64,000 nucleotides of DNA from Candidatus Moraniibacteriota bacterium (GTDB lineage Bacteria; Patescibacteriota; Minisyncoccia; Moranbacterales; UBA1568): assembly GCA_963778555.1 (NCBI GenBank), contig CAVZUR010000005.1, positions 97,756 through 161,755 on the forward strand. The letters run 5' to 3'. The position numbers and the translations under genes are program-made. This document shows, in pieces, positions 8,808 to 17,247 of this stretch. Within the stretch, counting starts at the first letter, position 1, and the number at the start of each line of letters is the position of its first letter. The notes under the pieces were generated by a model that saw only the letters and a list, made by a program, of their open reading frames with translations, was not told the DNA's origin and made no database searches.

Positions 8808-10277
8808 TCATGGGAACATATGCGGCAACGGATTCAGCTTCCACTCGGTGACACCTTTGGAAGCAGCGAATTCCTCCAAACGGTCGCTGTCGAAGGTGCC
8901 CTGGCACTCGAGGAGATAGAGGGGGAAAGCCTTCGGTACATAGACTTGGGCGATGTAGAACCCGAGCTTGGCTTGGATGGGATGCTTGGGGAAATAGGCA
9001 ATCGGGTAGTAGTCAGGGCCTCTTTTTCTCAGAACGGAGAGGCAGGCTTTCAGTTGGGTAGCATCATCGGTCGCTGAGGTGAGATCCTTTTGGCAGAGTT
9101 CCGCGTAGGAAACCTGCTTGCCGGAGAGGAACCACTGGAATTGCTGGATCTTTTCGGGACCGCGCCAGTAGAGTTGCCGTCCGATTTGACCGAGAACAGA
9201 AACGAATGGTTCGGATTGAGCATCCTTTTCCAGCTGCCGCTTATCACCCTCGTAATAAAACATTTCTGAGCTTATCACTATTTCTCTTAGAGAATGCCGT
9301 ATCGCTTGTTCGAATGTTGTCGCACTGGCGCCGCTCAGAACAATCTGAGGAGTCGCGCTCTTTGAGTTTAGGGCAGCAATAACGATAGACGGAATAGAGA
9401 GCGTTGTCACATCTACGATATGTAAAGACAGGCCGCATGATTCCAACGGGCGTATGATTTCCTGCATCTCCTCGGGGAGTGTTTCTACATCAATGATCCG
9501 CGGAGGAATCTGAGTGAGCCAGTGGACCAAGAATGCATCGCGCTCGATTGTTTCGAGGAGCCCACGCAGGAGAGCGCCATTTTTTGTGAAGTACCCGGCT
9601 GATCCGCTGGTCGTGGCGTTGACGAGAGGGGCTTCAGTGGAATAATTTTTGACGCACCATGAGGTCACTTGCCGCGGGATATACGTTTGTTCTTGCGTAA
9701 TGAGATTAATTCCACTCAGCCAATCCATCGGACGGGACGGGTCATGCTGGAGTTCCCGGTAATGCTCTCTTTGGATGTCCAAGAAGCGATGGTATTTCGG
9801 CGGGTAGAGTACTGGAAACTTTTTGAGCAGTTCGTTCGATGAAGCGATTAGTATGTCGGTATCCTTATTATACAAACCAGAAATGATGCGCTCAAGCATT
9901 TCGCCGATCGCTTTGGAAATAGCAGTCGCCCTATCTTTCGCAATCCCATGGCCGCTCACGCTCCGAAGATGTCCACGCACGACTACTTCTTTTTCCAGGG
10001 AATAAAAAAAGTATCCGGGAAAATGGAGACTTCTTTCTGCCATCGCATCGACGAGCCCTTTTTTTTTCAGATAAGTGTAAAGGGTTTCAGAGGCAGAGGT
10101 GACATCATCCGTGTGAGCAATATGCAGACTGTCCGCAAGCCAGGAATATCGGACGAATTGTTTTAATAAGCAAATCCGTATCCGATCGCCGATTCCCAGC
10201 GGTATTCGCCAGGGTCCGAACTTGTCCATAATTGGTTTCTTTCGTTTGATTTCGTCTGGTCTAACCGAATGTACCAA
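8808..10277 (-). CDS. YcaO-domain protein (cyclodehydratase-type), copy 1, intact
   Basis: 489 aa. VSGHGIAKDRATAISKAIGEMLERI (YcaO ATP/Mg motif region), TTSGSAGYFT, LLETIERDAFLVHW and the Pro-rich C-terminus NPLPHMFP (PxPxP-like). An alternative start MDKFGPW at 10229 aligns with the paralog. Confidence 0.8.
   Translation of the reverse strand: MVHSVRPDEIKRKKPIMDKFGPWRIPLGIGDRIRICLLKQFVRYSWLADSLHIAHTDDVTSASETLYTYLKKKGLVDAMAERSLHFPGYFFYSLEKEVVVRGHLRSVSGHGIAKDRATAISKAIGEMLERIISGLYNKDTDILIASSNELLKKFPVLYPPKYHRFLDIQREHYRELQHDPSRPMDWLSGINLITQEQTYIPRQVTSWCVKNYSTEAPLVNATTSGSAGYFTKNGALLRGLLETIERDAFLVHWLTQIPPRIIDVETLPEEMQEIIRPLESCGLSLHIVDVTTLSIPSIVIAALNSKSATPQIVLSGASATTFEQAIRHSLREIVISSEMFYYEGDKRQLEKDAQSEPFVSVLGQIGRQLYWRGPEKIQQFQWFLSGKQVSYAELCQKDLTSATDDATQLKACLSVLRKRGPDYYPIAYFPKHPIQAKLGFYIAQVYVPKAFPLYLLECQGTFDSDRLEEFAASKGVTEWKLNPLPHMFP
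8815..9178. repeat. Identical tract A shared in inverted orientation with 13299-13661 (364 vs 363 nt)
   Basis: The reverse complement of 8815-9178 matched 13299-13661 base for base where I compared it. The only difference is one C missing from a C5 run in the second copy (C4 at 13552-13555). Confidence 0.85.
9670..9919. repeat. Identical tract B shared in inverted orientation with 12544-12793 (250 nt)
   Basis: The reverse complement of 9670-9919 equals 12544-12793 by eye. It encodes AFSKAIGEMLERIISGLYNKDTDILIASSNELLKKFPVLYPPKYHRFLDIQREHYRELQHDPSRPMDWLSGINLITQEQTYIPR in both paralogs. Confidence 0.85.
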
Positions 10278-10359
10278 TATACAGAGTGATGTGGATAGTT
10301 TTACATGGAGATGTCATACAAGTACACCTACGTTTCTCCTGGTGTATTTTATCATGCAT

Positions 10360-10394
10360 AAAAAAACAGGAGCCATGTGACAACACGACTCCTG
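10360..10394 (-). terminator. Rho-independent terminator (minus strand) after the 10426-11241 gene
   Basis: Minus-strand stem caggag/ctcctg (10367-10372 / 10389-10394) followed by T7 (A7 at 10360-10366 on the plus strand). A second small hairpin, ccctca-gcgtt-tgaggg, lies just upstream. Confidence 0.6.
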
Positions 10395-10425
10395 GAATTT
10401 GCACCCTCAGCGTTTGAGGGCAGTC

Positions 10426-11241
10426 TCAATTACTTGCAGCGGCAGATTCCTTTTGGAAGACCGTGCTGTTTTGCCCATCACTCCCGCCATAACCGGCCCA
10501 CAGCTCATCGCCATGATTGGTGAAATAACATGTTCCACCCGCTCCCCCGCAGGGGAAAGCGAATTTCCCGTCCTTGATCTCTGCGGACTGGATCTTGCCG
10601 CTTGGTTTTTGCTGTGTGCCGTATATGAATTTGACCACACACTTCGCGTCGATTTCGCCGATCCAGAGCCACCGCTTGCCATAGCCCCAGTTTCCTGTCC
10701 AGCCACCGATGAAGGCGGCACAGGCTACTGGCACGTCGGCAGCCACCGGCTTGACCGAAAAGCCAGCTTCACGCTGAGGTTGCAAAGCCGCCAATTCTGT
10801 TTCGGCAAGTTTTCGGATGCTGACCGCCCGGGACTGTCCATTTGCGTCCGTGATAGTCCCGTTAAACGTGCCGTCTGGGTTTTGGGATGCTACGACCTTG
10901 CCCCCCAATCGGGTAATAAGCGATAACGTACGACCTTGAGCGGTCTCAATCATCTCTGCGCTAATCGGGAGCGGTTGCAGTCTCGGAAGACCGAGAGCAG
11001 CGTTGAGCGCGACTTTTCCAGTGTCGCCTTGTTTCGTTCCGCCAGAAAGCTGCAACGTCAGTGTTCGGTCGCTGCCGACGACCGTAATGAGCCATGAAGA
11101 GTTCAGATCGAATGGCAGCTGACTTGTCAGTGCCGCCAGAGTGATACTGTCGCTAGAGGCCTTCATCTGGGCGAAGCCAATGCTTGGCAGGCTGGAAAAA
11201 ACAGAGAAAAAAACCGAAAAGAGAATCGAAAGTGCCCGCAT
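10426..11241 (-). CDS. Secreted protein of unknown function
   Basis: 271 aa with a signal-peptide-like N-terminus, MRALSILFSVFFSVFSSLPSIGFAQ. No motif recognised. It sits between the two YcaO genes and is divergent from the SagB-like gene. Confidence 0.7.
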   Translation of the reverse strand: MRALSILFSVFFSVFSSLPSIGFAQMKASSDSITLAALTSQLPFDLNSSWLITVVGSDRTLTLQLSGGTKQGDTGKVALNAALGLPRLQPLPISAEMIETAQGRTLSLITRLGGKVVASQNPDGTFNGTITDANGQSRAVSIRKLAETELAALQPQREAGFSVKPVAADVPVACAAFIGGWTGNWGYGKRWLWIGEIDAKCVVKFIYGTQQKPSGKIQSAEIKDGKFAFPCGGAGGTCYFTNHGDELWAGYGGSDGQNSTVFQKESAAASN

Positions 11242-11397
11242 GATAAACTACTCCTTGGTTGATTGGTAAGGGACAGCACCGCCACTATACCATATTTGCT
11301 ATATAAGTCAAATAGTAGTATTCCGTTTACGCATTGCTTTAAGTGCCGCTTTTTTTCTGCATTCTTCATTTACGACATATAATGGAAAGACCTCCGT

Positions 11398-12141
11398 ATG
11401 CATACATTTCTCTACAATTTTTTTCATCACGAGACCAATGATCGGACGGAAAAGGGCCTGGTGAGTATTCCGGCAGACAAGGGGCGCTGGCCGGAGTCAT
11501 GGAAAACGATAACGTGCAAACGGTATTCTCTGTTTCCGGAGGTTGAGCTTCCTGAAACGAGCGGGTCTTTGTTTGAGCAGCTCTTGCGAGAACGCAGATC
11601 GAGCGAAGGGCATATCGTGGGGAATATCCTCACTCTGCCCGTACTTGCCTATATCCTGCAGTGTGGGTATGGCCTGCAGGGCGGGAGCGAAGGAGATCAG
11701 AGGAAAGCGAACCGAACCGTTCCTTCCGGCGGGGGACGATATCCGCTCGAAGTGTATGTTTTTCTCTTCAAGCCGATTGGCACTTGCGTTTCGGGAATCT
11801 ATCATTACAGTGTGAAGCATCATTCCTTGGAACCAGTTGCGCTCATGCCATTCACGCTTGAAGATATTGGTTCTTTCGCACCGGAGCAGGCGTGGCTCCA
11901 GGATACGAACGGGATGATTTGCATCACGAGTGTGTTTCAGAGAACGGTTGAAAAATACGGCAGCCGCGGGTATCGCTACATCTTGCTGGAGGCTGGGCAT
12001 GCTGCTCAGAATATGCTGCTCGCCGGAACCGAAAAGGGCGTGAACATCATCCCGATTGGCGGCGTAGAGGCTGATAAAATAGAAAAAAAACTTGGCCTGA
12101 GCGGGGAAGAAGAAGGGGTCGTGTATACGCTCTTTTTATAA
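11398..12141 (+). CDS. SagB-type (nitroreductase-fold, FMN) dehydrogenase
   Basis: 247 aa. RTVPSGGGRYPLEVYVF, GIYHYSVKHHSLEPV, QRTVEKYGSRGYRYILLEAGHAAQNMLLAG and IPIGGVEADKIEKKLGLSGEEEGVVYTLFL match the SagB/ThcOx dehydrogenase signature (R..PS.G..YP.E.Y; KYG.R.YRY.L.EAGH..QN). Confidence 0.8.
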   Translation: MHTFLYNFFHHETNDRTEKGLVSIPADKGRWPESWKTITCKRYSLFPEVELPETSGSLFEQLLRERRSSEGHIVGNILTLPVLAYILQCGYGLQGGSEGDQRKANRTVPSGGGRYPLEVYVFLFKPIGTCVSGIYHYSVKHHSLEPVALMPFTLEDIGSFAPEQAWLQDTNGMICITSVFQRTVEKYGSRGYRYILLEAGHAAQNMLLAGTEKGVNIIPIGGVEADKIEKKLGLSGEEEGVVYTLFL

Positions 12142-12152
12142 TAAACCCTAGT

Positions 12153-13668
12153 ATGCGGAGCGACTCCTCTTCAAAATTTTTCCATTGCTCGGGATACCTC
12201 TCCCTTAGGGAGTATGTGGAGGATATCGAGTCGATGAGGCAGCATGGCCCGTGGCGGCTCCCGCTCGGCATCGGCGACCGGGTGCAGATTTTCTTTTTCT
12301 CCCTGATTCTGAAATACTCCTGGTTTTCTGATGCGTTGAGCATACGGTATCCCTATACGTGGAGCCCAGCGTATTCGGTGCTCATCGCCTATCTGAAAAG
12401 GTGTGGCGTAGTCGATGTGGTCCGGGAGCAGAATGCGAATCGCAGCGGATATTCCTTCTTCTCCCTTCAAAGGGGCATTTCCATAAATGAAAATATTCGG
12501 ACCATCGGCGGTCTGGGAGTCGACCAAGAGGTCTCGACGGCGTTTTCCAAAGCGATCGGCGAAATGCTTGAGCGCATCATTTCTGGTTTGTATAATAAGG
12601 ATACCGACATACTAATCGCTTCATCGAACGAACTGCTCAAAAAGTTTCCAGTACTCTACCCGCCGAAATACCATCGCTTCTTGGACATCCAAAGAGAGCA
12701 TTACCGGGAACTCCAGCATGACCCGTCCCGTCCGATGGATTGGCTGAGTGGAATTAATCTCATTACGCAAGAACAAACGTATATCCCGCGGCATATTGTT
12801 TCGTGGTTTGGGTTTGCCGAAGCGCGCGTGTTCAAAGACATTCTCCTGCATCCGACATCCAATGGCTGTGCCGGGTACTTTACGAAGACGGGTGCTGTTT
12901 TGCGAGGGCTGATCGAAGCAGTGCAACGGGACGCTTTTCTCGTCCATTGGCTCACGCAGATCGCCCCTGATCGCATCATCGAGGACACTCTGTCGCTAGA
13001 AATTCAGAAACAAGTCGGGGAATTCAAGGCGCGTGGAATCACCCTGCATATTCTCGATGTCACAGCTCTTTCTATCCCGTCCGTATCCATTGTGGCAATC
13101 AATGCTGAATCGGAAACTCCGCAGATTATTTTGAGCGGCGCAGAGCGGCGACATTTGAGCGGGCGGTGCAGGACGCACTCCGTGAAATGGTGCTGATGTC
13201 AGCGACTATGTTCTACCAAGGAGAAGCTAATAATAGAAAGAAAGAGCCTATGTTAGCAGAGCCGCAGCCATTCGTTTCTGATCTCAATGAGAAAACCAGG
13301 CAACTCTACTGGCGCGGTCCCGAAAAGATCCAGCAATTCCAGTGGTTCCTCTCCGGCAAGCAGGTTTCCTACGCGGAACTCTGCCAAAAGGATCTCACCT
13401 CAGCGACCGATGATGCTACCCAACTGAAAGCCTGCCTCTCCGTTCTGAGAAAAAGAGGCCCTGACTACTACCCGATTGCCTATTTCCCCAAGCATCCCAT
13501 CCAAGCCAAGCTCGGGTTCTACATCGCCCAAGTCTATGTACCGAAGGCTTTCCCCTCTATCTCCTCGAGTGCCAGGGCACCTTCGACAGCGACCGTTTGG
13601 AGGAATTCGCTGCTTCCAAAGGTGTCACCGAGTGGAAGCTGAATCCGTTGCCGCATATGTTTTCTTGA
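12153..13668 (+). pseudogene. YcaO-domain protein, copy 2, interrupted by two 1-nt deletions (about 13141-13147 and 13552-13555)
   Basis: ORFs 12153-13196 and 13166-13642, plus a third frame to the stop at 13666-13668, together reconstruct a full YcaO colinear with copy 1. IILSGA|AATFERAVQDALREMVLMSATMFY requires a +1 shift. KAFP|LYLLECQGTFDSDRLEEFAASKGVTEWKLNPLPHMFS requires another, at a C4 run that is C5 in copy 1. Confidence 0.75.
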
Positions 13669-13777
13669 TGAGCGATACAGGTTGTGGAAAGAGGAGACAT
13701 CGTGTATCGTTTATAGTGTACGCGGTACCGGAGAGTCACGAGACAAATATAAATCATTTCAGGCCGTGTTAGCGAGT

Positions 13778-14470
13778 ATGTTTCAGAAAGTCAGGCGAGT
13801 TGCGAGCAGAAAACTCCTGTTTCTTGTTGGCGTATCTTTGGCCGGTATCCTTGGCATCCTGGGCAGTTATACGCGGACGAACTATTCGAAAAGCGGTTCG
13901 CTGGTTGTCCCAAAGGCGCAGGCGGATACCCCTCCCACTTGTGCTTCGTGCGGTTGCGCCTATACTGAGGACCAATGCGTTACATACTGGTCCTGTTTTC
14001 CGGCCGACACGCCTATCAGCACACCAGCCGGTAAGCGAGTCATACAGGAGCTGGCGGTCGGAGACAGCGTGCTTGGTTTCGACATTGAAACCGGCCGGAC
14101 CGGAGAATACCCGGTGACCAGAACCTTCAAACACGGCCGAAACGATGCGAATACCGTGTATTCTCCGCTGATTCAGATTACGCATGCAAAAGGATCGTTC
14201 CTCGCGACGGATAATCATTGGATCTATCGGCGCAATGGCCGGGTCGGGGAATACGCCAATTTTGACCGTGTCGGAACGCTTCAAGTCGGTGACATGCTGA
14301 CGACAGAAAGCGGCGAAGAGGTGGCGGTGACAGCGATCGAACCGGGGCCCGAGTATGATTTTGTGTACAATCTCGAGGTGGCGGAGGCCCATACGTATTT
14401 CGCTAGCGGTATCCGGGTACACAATAGCGGCAGTGGACCTGGTGGCTGTTGTGGCTCTTCAGGAAAATAA
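13778..14470 (+). CDS. Small membrane-anchored Cys/Ser/Gly-rich peptide interrupted by a complete Hint/mini-intein domain
   Basis: 230 aa from the ATG at 13778 (the ORF track starts at a TTG at 13682). Residues 1-72: basic N-terminus, TM LLFLVGVSLAGILGILG, then TPPTCASCGCAYTEDQCVTYWS. Residues 73-216: Hint domain. Residues 217-230: SGSGPGGCCGSSGK. Confidence 0.8.
   Translation: MFQKVRRVASRKLLFLVGVSLAGILGILGSYTRTNYSKSGSLVVPKAQADTPPTCASCGCAYTEDQCVTYWSCFPADTPISTPAGKRVIQELAVGDSVLGFDIETGRTGEYPVTRTFKHGRNDANTVYSPLIQITHAKGSFLATDNHWIYRRNGRVGEYANFDRVGTLQVGDMLTTESGEEVAVTAIEPGPEYDFVYNLEVAEAHTYFASGIRVHNSGSGPGGCCGSSGK
13994..14425 (+). other. Mini-intein / Hint domain (144 aa) with all canonical class-1 splicing residues
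   Basis: Cys1 (CFPADTPISTPAG), block B TxxH (LATDNHWIY), C-terminal blocks EYDFVYNLEVAEAHTYFASGIRVHN, and a +1 Ser. No homing-endonuclease insert is present. Confidence 0.8.
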
Positions 14471-14534
14471 AGCTGCTTTTTCGGATGGGAGTAATTTGCA
14501 GCCAAAATACTTTTAATCACCACGAGTTGTTATT

Positions 14535-15761
14535 ATGGAAACTGAAGCCGATATCCGAACTCCCGCTGGAGACTCGAGGGAGAAAAATAAAAAGATTCGG
14601 TTGACCGGAAAAGTCGTTCTTGTTGTCATGCTAATAGTCGCCCTTGCATATGGGGCGTTGTATTTGTTCGAGAAGAATACCTGGTATAAATTGAGATCCG
14701 ATCGGACAATTTATACACCGGCCAATGATAACGCGTATACCGAAAGTCTCCTAAATAATAATCCGAAGCTATTGCAGGATTCGTTTGTGGCCGATGTCGA
14801 AAGCGGAGTGAATGATAAGTTTACCAAGTCAGATGCCTATTTCCTGACCCACCGGTACTTTGATAACGGCGGAAATGTCTACGAAATCTATGATTATGTA
14901 AACAGCCATCCGAGTCTGGAATTTCTCAAGGAAGCCGAAGAAATTTACCCGGCTATTTTTGATCAGCTACGGACCAAAACGCTTTCCCCGGTGCCATATT
15001 CCAGGCAATCTCTGTATGCAGTTCTGGCATATCTGGAAGTACTTGATAAGCACGGGTATGCGGATATCGCCGCTCTGGGCACGCTCGCTAATCAATATGC
15101 GAAGACGGCCTATTTCATAAAAAAGAGATCAGAAAACGATCCTGCTGGTGGCTTGGATCCGGCTCCAATGATACGGCAAGCGACGGAAAAAGCGATTGTG
15201 TTCGAATTGAAAACCAGAGATGTGATGCTGGGAATGTCTAAGGGTAATCAGTCTCTCGTGAAAAGTATAGCGAGTCGACCGAAATCGCTTGATTCGAGAT
15301 CGCCTCTGCGGAAGAATTTTTCGAAGGAAATAACAGCCCAATCATTGATTACCGGACTTAATCAGTATGCCGCCTGTCTTCGATATTTGGAGGTCACGGG
15401 AATTGCCATCTCGATCATCGATTCACCCGTGCAAGCGAATGATGTTTTTTCCTTCAGCATGTTATTTGCAGAAACCTATGTTCCAGAAATGGAGGTATTT
15501 ACGTCGCTCCTCAATGCCTCGACGCTCGCTTTGGTGAGTCCGGAGAGTGCTGATGCTATCAAGACTGCTCTCCAACCGATTCTGGAGTACGATCTTACTC
15601 AAGAATTGGGGATAATTCGCCTTCTCTTTGAGGCGAAGGACGACAAATTCGGCGGCTGGGATATATATGGAAAAAGGAATGCCATAATGCTGGCCAATAT
15701 CGTTCCTGAGTTCAAGGCATGGCTTATTGCGGGAGGGTGGGAAGAACCTGATTTTCAGTAG
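14535..15761 (+). CDS. Membrane-anchored protein of unknown function
   Basis: 408 aa. N-terminal TM VVLVVMLIVALAYGALYLF followed by a mostly helical soluble region. No motif recognised. Same strand as, and immediately after, the Hint gene. Confidence 0.7.
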   Translation: METEADIRTPAGDSREKNKKIRLTGKVVLVVMLIVALAYGALYLFEKNTWYKLRSDRTIYTPANDNAYTESLLNNNPKLLQDSFVADVESGVNDKFTKSDAYFLTHRYFDNGGNVYEIYDYVNSHPSLEFLKEAEEIYPAIFDQLRTKTLSPVPYSRQSLYAVLAYLEVLDKHGYADIAALGTLANQYAKTAYFIKKRSENDPAGGLDPAPMIRQATEKAIVFELKTRDVMLGMSKGNQSLVKSIASRPKSLDSRSPLRKNFSKEITAQSLITGLNQYAACLRYLEVTGIAISIIDSPVQANDVFSFSMLFAETYVPEMEVFTSLLNASTLALVSPESADAIKTALQPILEYDLTQELGIIRLLFEAKDDKFGGWDIYGKRNAIMLANIVPEFKAWLIAGGWEEPDFQ

Positions 15762-15875
15762 ACATTCACTGAGATTGATTGTTGATTCTCAGTCGTTCGG
15801 CGGAGTGGTTTCGTTGTGTTTTTAATGCAGAAAAGTGTAGAATGGGAACACTCTTAATCGATATTTTTCTTTTCT

Positions 15876-16571
15876 ATGAAGACGGTTTTGATTATCGGAG
15901 GGTCTTCGGGGATTGGAAGCGCCTGCGTACGTACTTTCGAACAATCAGGGTGGAATGTTTTTTCCACCTTCTATTCAAATAAAAAAACAACCAGCAAAGG
16001 ATCTTCCGTCACCTGGAGCTTCCTAGACATAAAGAATATTCCAGCTGGTTTTTTTGATACCCTGCCAAAAATCGATGCGGTGCTAATTTGTGCTGCCAAA
16101 AATGTAAGCCAGGACCTGAATAATTTACAGAAGAGTGACACAGAGGAAATTGTAAACACGAATCTCATCGGACAGATTGAGTTCATCAAACTCCTCAAGG
16201 ATAAAAAGGGTGCGGAGCTGTCCTCGATAGTACTTTTCGGCTCGACCGTGCCAATGACAGGTTTTAAAAGAAGAATCGCTTACGGTATAACGAAAGCCGC
16301 GATAGAGGGCCTTACGAAAACGCTGGCAATGGAATTTTCCCCCAATACCCGCGTGAATTGCATTGTACCGGGATATATCAAGACAGGTTTGTATTTCAAA
16401 AATAGCGCTATCAGTGATACGGATAGAGCAAGGAAAATCCTTTTAGGGCGGTTGGGCGACCCGGAAGAGGTTGCAAAACTTGCCTTTTTCCTATCTTCGG
16501 AAAACGCTTCCTATATAAACGGAGAATCGATTGGGATTAATGGCGGTTTTAACTATGAGTATGAAGTCTAG
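15876..16571 (+). CDS. Short-chain dehydrogenase/reductase (candidate ribulose-5-P reductase half of a split CDP-ribitol synthase)
   Basis: 231 aa. LIIGGSSGIGSA (TGxxxGxG-type NAD(P) site) and YGITKAAIEGLTKTLA (YxxxK). It overlaps the downstream cytidylyltransferase gene by 17 nt. Confidence 0.75.
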   Translation: MKTVLIIGGSSGIGSACVRTFEQSGWNVFSTFYSNKKTTSKGSSVTWSFLDIKNIPAGFFDTLPKIDAVLICAAKNVSQDLNNLQKSDTEEIVNTNLIGQIEFIKLLKDKKGAELSSIVLFGSTVPMTGFKRRIAYGITKAAIEGLTKTLAMEFSPNTRVNCIVPGYIKTGLYFKNSAISDTDRARKILLGRLGDPEEVAKLAFFLSSENASYINGESIGINGGFNYEYEV

Positions 16572-17247
16572 CAATGGTAAGTTTGCGTGTATAATTCTTG
16601 CTGCAGGCAAGTCCGAAAGGTTTAATGCGAATAAACTCTTTGCGACCCTTACCAAAGGACCCCTTCTTTTTATGGTTGTCGATTCCATTTTATCTTTTAA
16701 GTTGCTTGGTAAGTTAGTGATTGTCGCAGCGAAGGGGGATTTTGATCGAATTCAGAAAAGATATGGACGGAATCAAGAAGTGAACGTCGTTGTCGGTGGA
16801 ATAAACCGAACGGAAAGCACGCTACGGGGCCTGCATGTTGTCGCACAGGGGGGATACGAATATGTCTATGTTCACGACGGATCTCGCCGACTCTTTACGA
16901 GAAATGATTTTATCCGGCTCAAGAGAGAGTTGCTGTCAAAGAATCTGGATGGAGTTGTCCAATATGTCAAGATATACGATTCGCTCATGAGTTTCGATGG
17001 GAGTATTGAAAACAACAATAGTTATCTCGACAAAACGAGGGTAGTGCAATTAAAGACACCCCACGTTTACAAAGTGGGTTCAATCTTAAAATGTCTGACT
17101 CAGTATAAACCTCAAGTCAGGAGAGAATTGGAGAACGTTGAAATCATGTCTTTGTACGGGAAAGAAATAGGATTTATCGATGGTTCTATCGCCAATATAA
17201 AAATTACTTACAAAAGTGATTTACGGGTCATTAAAAAGCTGTTGTGA
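16555..17247 (+). CDS. IspD/TarI-family sugar-phosphate cytidylyltransferase
   Basis: About 230 aa from the ATG at 16555. CIILAAGKSERF (ILAAGxGxR P-loop-like motif), VHDGSRRL. Its stop overlaps the GTG start of the next gene (gtga at 17244-17247). Confidence 0.7.
   Translation: MSMKSSNGKFACIILAAGKSERFNANKLFATLTKGPLLFMVVDSILSFKLLGKLVIVAAKGDFDRIQKRYGRNQEVNVVVGGINRTESTLRGLHVVAQGGYEYVYVHDGSRRLFTRNDFIRLKRELLSKNLDGVVQYVKIYDSLMSFDGSIENNNSYLDKTRVVQLKTPHVYKVGSILKCLTQYKPQVRRELENVEIMSLYGKEIGFIDGSIANIKITYKSDLRVIKKLL

Noticed and set aside
11163-11369. 68-aa minus-strand ORF in the YcaO/SagB divergent region, considered as a possible RiPP precursor.
   Set aside because: It largely overlaps the 5' end of the secreted-protein gene in another frame, has no SD, and lacks a Cys/Ser/Thr-rich C-terminal core.
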